Of a DNA stretch of 64,000 nt, positions 51,164-64,000 are shown piece after piece. The stretch is from Hypanus sabinus. Its lineage: Eukaryota. The notes beneath the pieces were generated by a model that was given only the letters and a program-made list of their open reading frames with translations, was not told the DNA's origin and ran no database searches. Location of the stretch: assembly GCF_030144855.1 (NCBI RefSeq), contig NC_082738.1:64976001-65040000 (forward strand), read 5' to 3'. The number at the start of each line of letters is the position of its first letter. Position 1 is the first letter of the stretch. The translations under genes and the position numbers were made by a program.

Positions 51164-52008
51164 TTTTTTTTTTTGGTGAGCAAATGTACATTTTATTTGA
51201 ATGAAGTGTTTTAGTACAAGGCTAAAATAAACATAATTCCATTATACCTCATGAAAAAGTTAAAGGCTAAGCACTGCCACAGATCACTGAAAATTGATGG
51301 TTCAGGCTCCAACCTGGGCAAAAGCCTCAGGTAACTTGGAAATGTACGATTACACAAATCAACTTGAGATTTGGATTTTACCACCTTCATAGCAATGTAC
51401 CAATGGACAAAAGACTGGGCAGCCACCGTAGGAATGTTCTCATCACATTGTTCCACAGTCAAGAATGCAAACAGTAACACTCATCTTTCCACACTGCGAT
51501 CCCTTAGATTCCATTTGTTTTACGACATCGTAGCCTTCTACCACACGGCCAAACACAACATGCTTTCCATCCAACCAACTAGTTTGGGCAGTGCAGATAA
51601 AAAATTGAGATCCATTTGTATTGGGCCCAGCATTTGCCATTGATAGTATTCCTGCTCCTTCATGTTTGAGTATGAAGTTCTCACCCAGAAATGTGTTACC
51701 ATAGATGGATTTGCCCCCTGTGCCATTGCCTTTTGTGAAATCTCCACTTTGGCACATAAAGCCAGGAATTATTCGGTGAAAAATTGATTCCTTAAACCCC
51801 TCACCCTCTGGTTTGGTACAAAGCACACAGAAGTTCTCTGCAGTTTTTGGAACAACATCGCTCCTTAGCTCAAATACAATGCAGCCCACTGGCTGCTTAT
51901 CAAAACCAATGTCGAAGAAGACGCAAGGGTTGCCCATTCTATTTTTCTTCCTCTCTTGCCACTTGGTGCTGACCTCAGCCAAGCATGCTGCTAGGAGTGC
52001 TAATTCCC
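51164..52008 (-). pseudogene. PPIA: Second copy of the PPIA retrocopy (ORF 51937-51443)
   Basis: Identical translation; TSD 51148-63 / 52009-24; poly(A) of 11 nt. Confidence 0.92.
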
Positions 52009-55000
52009 GTGGGGTCCCATTCTCAATCTCATAGAAGCCCGAATACATCTTACCTAGCCTTACCTGCATTGAACATCCAAATAAAAAAACTCAGAAAAAA
52101 ATTATATAGCCTTTCTCTTACTGCTAATTTCCATAATTTAATCAAATCTTTATTTCCCTGTGCTTTCCTAATACCATCCTCCAAACACAAAACTGCTACC
52201 CTTCCAAAATCTGCTCTGATAAAACACTAAATCAACTTTTTTCTAAAATATAATTTAACCACTCTATTACCATACATTCCATAGGTTTACACAAATGGGG
52301 TGTTAGTGATATTGGTTGAAAATTAGAAGGAACCAACAGTGGGGTTTTCCTGGTTTTAGAATAGGCACTACTGCCATGTGAACCCTACAACCAGCACTGG
52401 GAATTTAACACACTGCAGGTCTGAATTTATCTGCTTCTTTGCTGTTCCTGGTCCCTCTCCACACAGGGACCAAAAACAAGGTTAAATAAATAGGTTTTGA
52501 GCTGTTGTTTAAAAGTGTCAACTGAGTCTGCACTCTTATGCTTTTAGATATTGAGTTCCACAGTTTAGGAGCGTACTTCGATAAAGCTGAACTGACAATT
52601 ACCGTCTGAGGGAGATTGTTTAAATTTAAGTGACCAGCAGAAGAAGACTGAGAGCTCAAGCAGAAATCAAATGAAAGCAATTCTGTGATGTTCTCTGGTC
52701 CCAGAACATTGAGAGCTTTAAAAACAACTAATAGAACTTTACAATACATTCTAAAAGATACAGGAATTCAATGCAGATTAGTTAGGACCAGAGTGATATG
52801 CTCCCTCATCCTGGTTTTAGTTGCTAGCAAAAAAAAACTTGCTCTCTTCTTGATGTTATGGTAAGGCAGAAGGTACAGAAGCCTGAACACCCATGTCATC
52901 GGGTTCAGGATCAGCTACTTTCCTACAACCATCAGGGTTTTGAAGCAATCTGCAGAACCCTATTCCTATCTCAGCAATGGAAGATTACTTCTTGCACAAC
53001 CATGGTCTTATTTTTGATTGTGCTTTTTTTAAAAAAGCATTAATGAAAGTCAAAGTGGAATTTATTATGCTATGCACAATGTTCAAAGTACAAAGTAAAT
53101 TTATTATCAAACTACATATACATCACCATATAAAAGCTTGAGATTCATTTTCTTGTGGGCATTCACAGTCAATACAACAAAGACAATAGAATCAATGAAA
53201 GGATACCCCCAACAGGACGGACAAACAACCAATATGCAAGAGACAACAAACTGCGCAAATACAAAAAGAAAAAAATAAGAAATAAGCAATAAATATGAAG
53301 CACCCGAGATGAAGAGTCTTGAAAGTGAGCAGGAGTGCAATGAAAAAAATTACATGCAACTGCAACACGGAACGCTGTTGGATTTGGCGGTGTACGTGTG
53401 TACGATTGAATGGCAAAAACTGTATTTGAACTTCAAAGTCACATATAAGCTGCATTCACAAGTAAAGCTTAACTGTTTTCAAGACAGAACACCATTAATG
53501 CAAAGTGATGAAGTGTCCTTTTTTCCATGGTGTTTTTCCCTTTGCTTTCTGGTATACATACAACATAGAAATCTTCAGCATATTACAGGCCCTTCTGCCC
53601 ACAATGTTGTTCTAACCATGTAACCTACTCCAGAAACTGCCTAGAAGTTCCCTAGTGCATAGCCCTCTATTTTTCTAAGCTCCATGTACCTATCTAAGAG
53701 GCTCTTAAAAGACCCTGTTGTTTTTGCTTCCACCGCCGCCACCGGCAGTGCATTCCACACACCCACCACCCTCTGTGTGAACAACTTACCCCGACATTCC
53801 CTCGGTACCTATTTCCAAGCGCCTTAAAACTATGCCCCTTCAAGTTAGCCATTTCAGCCCCAGAAAAATACCTCTGGCTATCCACACGATCAATGCCTCT
53901 CATCATCTTAAACACCTCTATCAGGTCGCCTCTCATCCTCCGTCGCTCCAAGGAGAAAAGGCTGAGTTCACTCAAACTACTCATGCTCCCCAATCCAGGC
54001 AACATCCTTGTAAATCTCCTCTGCACCCTTTCTATGGCTTCCACGTCCTTCCTGTAGTGAGGCGACCAGAACTGAGCACCGTACTCCAAGTGGGGTCTTA
54101 TATAGCTGTATTCCTCATGGCTCTTGAATTCAATCCCATGGTCAAATTTGACCAACCAAAATGAACCACTTCACACTTATCTGAGTTGAAGTCCATCTGT
54201 CAATTCTAAGCCCAGTTCTGCATCACATCTATGTCCTGCTGTAACCTCTGACAGCCCTCTACACTATCCACAACACCTCCAACCATTGTGTCATCAGCAA
54301 ACTTACTAACCCATACCTCCACTTCCTCATCCAGGTCATTTATAAAAATCATGAAGAGGAGGGATCCCAGAACAGATCCCTGTGGAACACCACTGGTCAC
54401 CAACCTCCATGCAGAATATGAACCATTTACAACCATCCTTTGCCTTCGGTGGGAAAGCCAGTTCTGGATCCACAAAGCAAGGTCTCCTTGGATCCCATGC
54501 CTCCTTACTTTCTGAAGGAGCCTTGCATGGGGAATGTTATCAAATGCCTCACTGAAATCCATATAGACTACATCCACTGCTCTACCTTCATCGATGTGTT
54601 TTGTTACATCCTCAAATAATTCAATCAGTTTCATAAGGCACGACCTACCCTTGACAAAGCCATGCTGACTATCCCTAATGAGATTATGTCTCTCCAAATG
54701 CTCATAAATCCTGCCTCTCAGGATCTTCTCCAACAACTTGCCCACCGCTGAAGTCAGTATAATTTACATTTTGTGTATTGTCAGTATTTAACTATCCATG
54801 ATGCTGCTACAAGCTACTATTTCACTGTACCTGTAGCCCACTGTACTTATGCACATGATAACAAACTCCACTTAAAAGCTCAAAGGACATATGTCACCAT
54901 AAGCAGCCCTGAGATTCATTTTCTTGCATGCATACTAGGTAAGTCCAATAAACACAATAGAATCAATGAAAGACCACACCCAACAAGATGGACAAACGAC

Positions 55001-55518
55001 CAAATGTGCCAGACAACGAACACCGAATACCAGTTTTAGAGTCAGAAGGACATATACTGCATTACGGCTGATTCGTTATTACAGATAGGACAATCCATAA
55101 TAACTGTCTGGATATAATATTACAGGATAAACAAGCAAGAACAACTTACTTAACAGTCATAGCCATTCCATGCACACATAACTTACAGAAATCAATCAGT
55201 GAAAATCACCAGAAATATAGTGAATTAAAAGAGGAGATTGTCATTGTCATTGTCCCGACAGCAATGTCTACAACTGGTATCATTGCAAATTCACCACATA
55301 GTAACATCAATTAGGAATACACAGCAATATCTATGTAAATCTTCAGAAAACCACAATACCCCTAGAATAGTCTGACAAGCACCGCAGAGAGCGCTGAGAA
55401 TGAATTAGTTTTATTTAAAAATAAACTTTATTCTTGATAAAAATCTACAATAAAAAGTGCTAAACTCTTAGACTCTCAAAGACATTCAGTAGTGTTAACA
55501 CTTTCGAGCCCATCAACC

Positions 55519-55678
55519 AGCGCTGGGAATTCCAACACCACAGTTCCTAGTCCCACGTGATACGGGCCAATGATCTCATAGGCGACACGTTCAGCTGCGT
55601 ACTCGCGTCATCACAGGGCGCGCGCTCCGTCGATATATCCCATAATCCAAGGCGCCCGGCCTCTCTCCCTGTGCCACA
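55519..55678 (+). promoter_or_regulatory. Duplicated RPL23 promoter/TOP tract
   Basis: Same as 30300-30459 at offset +25219. Confidence 0.8.
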
Positions 55679-55691
55679 ATGTCGAAGAGAG
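55679..55691 (+). CDS. RPL23: RPL23 third copy, exon 1
   Basis: ATGTCGAAGAGAG|gtaagc. Confidence 0.9.
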
Positions 55692-58600
55692 GTAAGCGGG
55701 AGGAGGGGAGCGGCGTTATCCGCTGCCATCCTCACTCCTGGTAGGTAGGACGCGCCGGTTCCTGTTCAGGTTGTCTGTATAACCTTACGCCCGTCTTGTC
55801 TCTGGGGTATTTGTAGATCACTGATGGATTTTAGATGTGTAGCCGGGGCGCAAGGTTGTGTATTATCGGGTGACGGCCATGTTGGAGTGACCTGGTGTGG
55901 AGATGGCGCTTCTTCTCCGCCGCCCGGCTACGTACTCGGCCTGTTTGTGGGGAATCGAGCCTTTACGTGAGTCCGGGCCGTGGAGCCGTTGACCTGGGTT
56001 AAAGTGTTGGTGAGGAGGAGGAGGAAAGATCTAGGTCCCCAGATGCATTGGTTGTTGAACATGTTAACTGTAGAGTACGTTATCGCCAAAGTAAAACTAG
56101 TGTCAAAAGTGATCAGCTTTAGAAACACAGAAAACTTACAGCACAATACTAGCCCTTCGGCCTACAATGCTGTGCCGAGCATGTCCCTACCATAGCAATG
56201 TCTCTACCTAGGCTTACTTATAGCCCTCTATTTCTCTAAGCTCCATGTACCTATCTAAAAGCCCCTATCGTATCCGCCTCCACCACCATTGCCGGCAGCC
56301 CATTCCACGCACTCATCACTCTCTGAGTAAAATACTTACCCCTGCCATCACCTCTGTACCTATTCCCCAGCACCTTAATGGTTGTCCTCTTGTGGCAACC
56401 ATTTCAGCCCTGGGAAAAAGCCTCTTGACTATCCACGTGATCAATGTCACTCGTCATCTTGTACACCTCTATCAGGTCACTTCTCATCCTCCGTCGCTCC
56501 AAGGAGAAAAGGCCGAGTTCACTCAACCCGTTTTCATAAGGCATGCTCCCCAATCCAGGCAACATCCTTCTAAATCTCCCCTTCCCCTTCACCCTTTCTG
56601 TGTCTTCCATATCCTTCCTGTAGTGAGGTGACCAGAACTGAGCACCGTACTCCCAAGTGGGGTCTGACCAGGGTCCTATATAGCTGTCACATTGCCTCTT
56701 GGCTCCTAAATTCAATTCCACAATTGAAGAAGGCCAGTGCACCGTATGCTTTCTTAACCACAGAGTCAACCTGTGCAGCAGCTTTGAGTGTCCTATGGAC
56801 TCGGACCCCAAGATCCCTCTGATCCTCCACACTACTAAGAGTCTTGCCATTAATACTACGTTCTGCCATCAGATTCGACCTACCAAATTGAGCCACCTCA
56901 CACTTATTTGGGTTGAATTCCATCTGCCACTTCTCAGCCCAGTTTTGCATCCTATCAATGTCCTGCTGTAACATCTGACAGCCCTCCACACTATCCACAA
57001 CACTGCCAACCTTTGTGTCATCAGCAAATTTACTAATTGAGCTTGAACTTAAGCCTGAAATTTCAGGGAACTATATATTTCTATTCCCTGGTCCTTCAGT
57101 CCTGCAACACTCTCCAGGGTGTGGAATGGTCCTATTCTGGACCACTTTGCATTTATCTGACAAAAAATAACTCCATTTGCCATTCCTCAGACTGCATACC
57201 CAGCCAACCAAGATCCCTGTGGAAACCCTGATAACCACCTTCATGGTCTATGATACCACTGAGTTGGGCAATGAGCGCAGCTATGGGTTTTTCACTACGC
57301 CAGGCCCACAATGATCATACACCATATATCTGTGAGACCATAAGACACAGGAGCAATATTCAGCCAGTCATCCCATTAAGTCTGCTCCACCATTCCATCG
57401 TGGCAGGTTTATTAAGCTGCTCGATTTCATTCTTCTGCCTTCTCCCCATAACCTTTGACACCTTACTAATCAAGAACCTATCAGCCTCCGCTTTAAATGT
57501 TCCAAATAATTTGCTCTCCACAGCAGTCTGAAAATGAATTGCACAGATTCACCACCCCGGGCAGAAGAAATTCCTCCTCATCTCTGTTCTAAAGGGGTGT
57601 CTATCCATTCTGAATTGTATTTATTACCATACTTCAAATACATGATGAAAAAACATCTTTATGTTATGTCTCAGTTGAGATGTGCAATCATGGTAATTTA
57701 TAAATATTTTAGGCTTTTAAGGCACTCTTTCAATGATATTGAAATATTGAAGGTAATTTCTGAGTGGGCTCTTTTGGGTGCCTCTATTCTGTGGAGCAAC
57801 TGTCAGTGGAAGTAAATAATGATCCTAGAACACTGTAAATGATCTGGTGGATCTCGAGTGGTACTGGGTTTCAACCCGAGCCATTCACAGTCCCCACCTC
57901 CCCGTGGTCGCTGCAGGTTCCGATAACTGTATTCAGTAATATGTACAGGGCTGTCCTCCGATCTGAAGCAGCAGACAAATTCCAGCATCTGCCGAAGCTT
58001 GAGTTTATCATGAACTCGAGTATATCTGCTTTTAGTTTAACAATACTGGCCCTTTGGCACACACTCTTCCATTGACCTATTAACCTACTCTGGATCAATC
58101 TCACCCTTCCCTCCCATGAAGCCCTACATTTTTGCCTTCCTAAGTGTCTCTTAAATCTCCCTAATGTATTTGCCTCACAGTGTGTATGAAAACGCTACTT
58201 CTGTCACCCACCCCCTCCCTTATCTTTGCCTCATCACCTTAAAATTTTGGCCCCCTATAATAGTCGTTTCCAGCTAGGGAAAGAAGTCTTACCAAGTCAC
58301 CTGATTCTTTGCTCCAGAGAGAGAGAAGCCCTAACTTGCTCAACCTGTCCTGATAAAGACATGTTCTCTAATTGAGGCAGCATCCTGGTAAATCTTCTGT
58401 ACTCTCTAAAGATTCCACATCCTTCCTTAAATGAGGTGATCAGAACTGAACCCAATGAGTGTAATGCACCAGGCTGAACCTGGGGTTAAGTGGGCAGTAG
58501 TTGTTCATGTGAGCAGTGGATTGGGGCATTACATTCTTGAATGCAGAATCAATATGATCTCAGTGTAGGTGCAGTTTTGACATTTCCACTGGTTGATGGT

Positions 58601-58786
58601 CTGTCTCAAGCTGTGATGAAAATTTCTTCAGCAGACGAACTTGAATCTCCACAGCCCTTGGAGACAAGCCAATGATCGTAGGTACTAAAATTGAGGAATG
58701 TGAGTTAATTCGGGGAAGTGGCACTTAGATCCAAGATGAGTCAAGTGTGAAAGACCAACGGGCCAAGAAGTAATTCTTGCAGCTAA

Positions 58787-58945
<159 letters not shown>

Positions 58946-59141
58946 TAGATTGTCGGATACAAGGAGCAGCGAGTAATCTCTGAATAAGTACTTATTGGGT
59001 AGAAGAGTATAAAAAGTATATTTAGCATTATGCACATTATTTTTTAGTGATTATATTAACTATCTTGATGCAGAGACTATTTGGTCATTTTGAACCATAC
59101 GGGCATAAAGTACTGAAGCTGCAGATTTGATTTTCCAGTGA

Positions 59142-59324
<183 letters not shown>

Positions 59325-62300
59325 TAACCTCCAAGTTGGAATCAAAAAGACGTTGCACCATGCCAGTAAGTAAGTCAGCAGATTGTGCCAGGAATGAAAC
59401 AGTATTGTAGTTGAGTTGTCATTCCAAAAAGTGATCTAGGATGTAAATGTGTTCATTTTCAAACCACCAACTTAGCTTGTTGGGAAGTTTCAGAAGTGGT
59501 TTGTTACTGTATGGTAAGGTGACTTGAAGAATCATGGAGATCATTTTTGAGTAGCCATTTCAGAAATGTTGGATATTACATGAGTGTGTGATTTGTGTTG
59601 GGGTATGTTCTTTTAAATTGCCCAACATTGATCTGGGTCCCCTGTAAGTTGATGGTTATAATTGACAAGTATTTAGGGTGGAAAAAAATTGCTGTGTTTA
59701 AGCTTCAGTACCTTCAGAGGTTTTTGGTGTGTCCTGGGGTTTCATAGGTGGTGTGTTTTTTGTGGTTTGGAACCTTGAGGACAGTTCTAAAGTCAGACCT
59801 TGATGAGCAGGTTAGCTTATTAATGAATGACTTGGAATTGTTTTGGACAAATTGTCAGTGCTTCTTTGAGATGGGGTTGTTTTGTTATCTGGCTTTCATT
59901 TGTATCAGTGTGGGGTTAGTTAACCTCATGCCACAGATTTGAAATGATGCTTATTATCTTATATAGATGATGGGCATACTCCTAGGGTTGTGCAGTATTC
60001 AAACAGGCCCTTTGGCCCAACTCCCATCTATGTCACCATGGTGCTGACCTGGGTTAGTCCAATTTACCTGTGCTTGTCCCACATCCTTTCCTATAAAAGC
60101 AACACGCACAAAATGCAGGAGGAGCTTTGCAGGTCAGGCAATATCTATAGAACATTTAAAGCTATTAGAAATGTATCTGCCTGTACCACTTCATGTAGCA
60201 GCTCTTTCCGTGTACAGGTGTCCCCTGCTTTACGAATGTTTGCTTTACGCCACTTCGCTTTTACAAAAGACCTACATTAGTAAACTTTTTGCATTACAAA
60301 ATATTGTTTATTTTTGCTTTTATGAAAATGTTTCCCATATAAATTAATTGTTCTTTGCTTTACGCCATTTTGGCTTAAGAAAAGTTTCATGCGAACGCTC
60401 TACCTTTGTGAAGGGGGTGGAACACCTGTACCCACCGTGCTCTGTAGGGGAGAAGCTGCCCTGGGGTCCCCTTTAAATCTTCCCCCTCCCACAATAATCC
60501 TGCACCCTCAAGTTTCGTCTCTTATCCTATGCCCCTCATAATTTTCTCAACCTCTCTATGGTTACGCGTGCACTTTGGCCTCCTTCACTCGGAAAAATGA
60601 TTCTCGTGCCTCCTCGCAACTCAGTGCCTCCAGTTCCAGCAGTATTGTTGAGAAGGTTTTCCATGCTCTCTGGCTTAATCTCAAATGTCCTCTTACTGTC
60701 TTTTGCACCTGCAACATGATGTCCAACTCTAGTACTCATTGTCCTGCCTTCTTCAGCACCGTTTGCTGTCATCACTGTAGGGTCTGCGCCCCCCAGACCT
60801 TGTTCTCAGGGCCCTGCTGTTCACTGTCCTGCCCAGGTTGAACTTGATATGTATGTGAAGATTTCCTGTTTCGTGTGCTCACGCAGTGAGTGGGGCACCA
60901 TCCTAGAAGCACTTGCATAGCCTACTCTTTGGCTTTGGTGAGTTGTTGAGGATGGGGAAAGTAATTCATTGCTTTAGGGTGAGATTGCAGATGTGTTGTG
61001 CTGTATATCCTCAATCGGCAATGGAACAGTTCGTGCAAAGATTTGCACTTCCACAATCTGGGGACATTGCAGCGTGCATTTGAAGTTTGGTTTCTGTTGT
61101 ATTGAAGAGAGGCCAGTAGCAGCCAATTTGCATATAGGAGAATTACACAAATATTTTTGTGTGGTTTGCCACAGTTCCCTTTGCTATCAGTTACATTTCT
61201 TCTGATGGAGGACGAGAAGGTTGTGGTTTTGGACTACAGCTTTTGTGATTAAAGCCATGAGATATAGGAGTGGAATTAGGCATTTAGCCCATCCAGTCTG
61301 TGCCTCCATTTCATCATGGCTGATCCAATTTTCCTCTCATCCCCAATCTCCTGTTTCTCCCCATATCCCTTCATGCCCCGACCAATCAATAATCAACCTT
61401 TGCCTTAAATATACACAAAGACTTGGCCTCCACAGCTGCCTTGGCAAAGAATTCCCCAGATCCACATTCTGGCTCAAGAAATTCCTCCTCACACCCGTTC
61501 TGAAAGGATGCCCCTCTATTCTGAGGCTATGTCCTCTGTTCTTGGACTCTTCCCACCATAGGAAGCAACCTCTCCACGTCAACTCTATCAAGGCCTTTAC
61601 TCAACCAATAGGTTTCAATTAAGACACCCCCTCATTCTTCTGAATTCAAGTGAATACAGGCTCAGAGCCATCAAGTGCTCTTCATATACAAGCTGTTCAT
61701 TCCTGGAATATTTTTCATGAGCCTCCTCTGAACCCTCTCCAGTTTCAGCGCATCCTTTGTAAAATAAGGGACCCAAAACTGTTCAAAATACTCCCAAGTG
61801 AAGTCCCACTGGTGCTTTATATAGTCTCAACATTGCATCTTACTTTTATATTCTAGTCCTCTAGAAATTAATGCTAACATTGCATTTACCTTCCTCAGCA
61901 CAGAGTCAACCAGCAATTTAACCTTTAGAGAATCCTGCACAAGGACTTCCATGTCCTTTGTGTGTCAATTTTTAGTATTTTCTCTCCATTTAGAAAATGG
62001 TCAACCCTTTCATTTCTTCTACCACATCCACAGCATCTGGCAATGAATTTACCACCATCTGGCTTAAGAAATTCCTCCTCATCTGTTCTGTCATGATGTC
62101 CTGATCTGAGGCTATGCCCTCTTTGGGCCATTATTAGAAACAAGAGGTAACAGTGCATCCAAATTTTTAGTCTCTGGAAGAGAGGAGAGAGTGTAATGCA
62201 TCTGTTTGCTGCTGACACTAAATTGTGCAGAGTATGTTGAGTCTGCAGAGAGATATAGATCGGTTAAGTGAGTGGGCCACTGGAGTGCAGCATGCTGTTA

Positions 62301-62465
62301 AATGCGAGGTCATCCACTTTGGAAGGAAAAATGGAAGATCAGATTATTATTTAAATGGTAAAAGATTGCAGCATGCTGCTGTGCAGAGGGACTTGGGAGT
62401 GCTTGTGCATGAATTGCAAAAGGTTGGTTTGCAGGTGCAGCAGACAATCAAGAAGGCAAATGGAA

Positions 62466-64000
62466 GGTATTACCCAAAATTATTTCAGATGATCAAACTG
62501 GTTTTATTAAAAATCGTTATTCTTTTTTTAACATGAGGAGATTGTTGAATATTGTTTATACTCCCTCACATGACACTTCAGAATGCGTGATTTCATTAGA
62601 TGCGGAGAAAGCATTTGATAGAGTTGAATGGCCTTACTTATTTAATGTGTTGGAGAAGTTTAATTTTAGTCCGATATTTATATCATGGATTAAATTGATT
62701 TATCATACTCCATTAGGCTCAGTGTTTACCAATAATCAAAGATCTCCCTTTTTTCGCTTTTTTCGGGGCACTAGACAAGGATGTCCTCTTAGTCCATTAC
62801 TATTTAACATTGCCTTAGAACCTTTGGCAATTGCCATCAGACAATCACAGGATATTTTGGGTATTAATCGTGGGACAGATATTCATAAGTTATCTTTGTA
62901 TGCAGATGATTTATTACTATTCATTTCTAACCCGGAGAAATCCATTCCAGCAGTTTTATCATTATTGGCTCAATTTAGTGAGTTTTCTGGGTATAAGTTA
63001 AATCTTAATAAAAGTGAATTGTTTCCTTTGAATAAACGGGTCCCAATTTATGGAAATTTACCTTTTAAATTAGTTAATGACTCTTTTACTTATTTAGGGA
63101 TCAAAATCACAAAAAACCATAAAGATTTATTTAGATTTAATTTTTTACCCTTAATTGATCAGATTAAAGATTTGTTTACTGAGTGGTCACCTTTATCTTT
63201 CTATCCCTAATAGGTAGGATTAATGCTATTAAGGTGGTTATTTTACCTAAGTTTTTATATATTTTTCAAGCGATACCAATTTTTATCCCGAAATCTTTTT
63301 TTACTAATGTTGACTCTAAAATTTCTTCATATATATGGCAGAATAAAAATCCCAGGTTAGATAAAACATATTTACAGAAGACAAAAAAGGAAGGCGGGTT
63401 AGCATTACCTAATTTCAGATTTTACTATTGGGCAGTTAATATTAGATATTTGTTATGTTGGTTGAAAGATGGGGGTGGATCTTTTGGCCCTTGTTGGGTG
63501 AGTTTAGAAACTAAATCGGTATCAGCTTATGCTCTGGGTTCTATTTTAGGGACTTCTCTCCCTTTTGCTCTTTCTAAATTGTCGAAACGAATTGACAACC
63601 CGATAGTTAAACATACTTTGCGTATATGGTTTCAATTTCGGAGATTTTTTGGGTTGACTCAATTCGTTTTAAATAGTCCTATTGTATCTAATTGTTTTTT
63701 TCACCCTTCCATTATAGATCAAGCTTATTTGGCTTGGAAAACTAAGGGATTAATAAGATTTTCTGATTTATTTTTAGACAATTGTTTCATGTCTTTTGAG
63801 CAATTATCCAACAAATATAACTTGCCTAGATTTCATTTTTTTAGATATTTACAGATTAGACATTTTTTAAGTTCTGTACTCTCTACGTTTCCGAATTTTG
63901 TGCCTTCAGATATTTTGGAGAGTTTATTTGAATTAGACCCTTCTCAAACGGGGCTTATTTCAAAACTTTATAATATAATTATGAAGATACGTTCAGAGCC
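62466..64000 (+). mobile_element. Duplicate of the L1 element, running off the window
   Basis: Matches 41985-43519 at offset +20481. Confidence 0.9.

Overview
Eukaryotic vertebrate genomic DNA, most likely a cartilaginous fish (ray/shark; inferred from the CR1, V-SINE/HE1-like, Rex1/Babar and Penelope repeat mix). The window holds coding exon 1 of LASP1 (- strand, about 1.8 kb) and, divergently oriented, a tandem array of the ribosomal protein gene RPL23. The array has three parts: an orphan, frameshifted exon 4-5 pseudogene (20.3-21.2 kb), one complete 5-exon, 140-aa copy (30460-46442), and a third copy whose exons 1-3 are visible (55.7-59.3 kb) and which runs off the window. The repeat unit is about 25.2 kb (about 20.5 kb without a BEL insertion). 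It also carries the intronic H/ACA snoRNA SNORA21 and an ORF-intact cyclophilin A (PPIA) retrocopy inserted in frame into the RT motif of a dead I/Nimb-like LINE. The copies differ by presence or absence of a hAT element and of an internally deleted BEL/Pao LTR element with a non-canonical primer-binding region, and both empty sites are visible. A sharp change in copy-to-copy identity inside exon 4 suggests the intact-looking RPL23 is a recombinant between a functional gene and the pseudogene (or that gene conversion occurred). An assembly haplotype artefact cannot be excluded from sequence alone. I found no clearly new multi-gene system. The best leads are the RPL23/SNORA21/PPIA-retro array, the BEL primer site and a GU-rich hairpin in RPL23 intron 1. 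All comparisons were made by eye.
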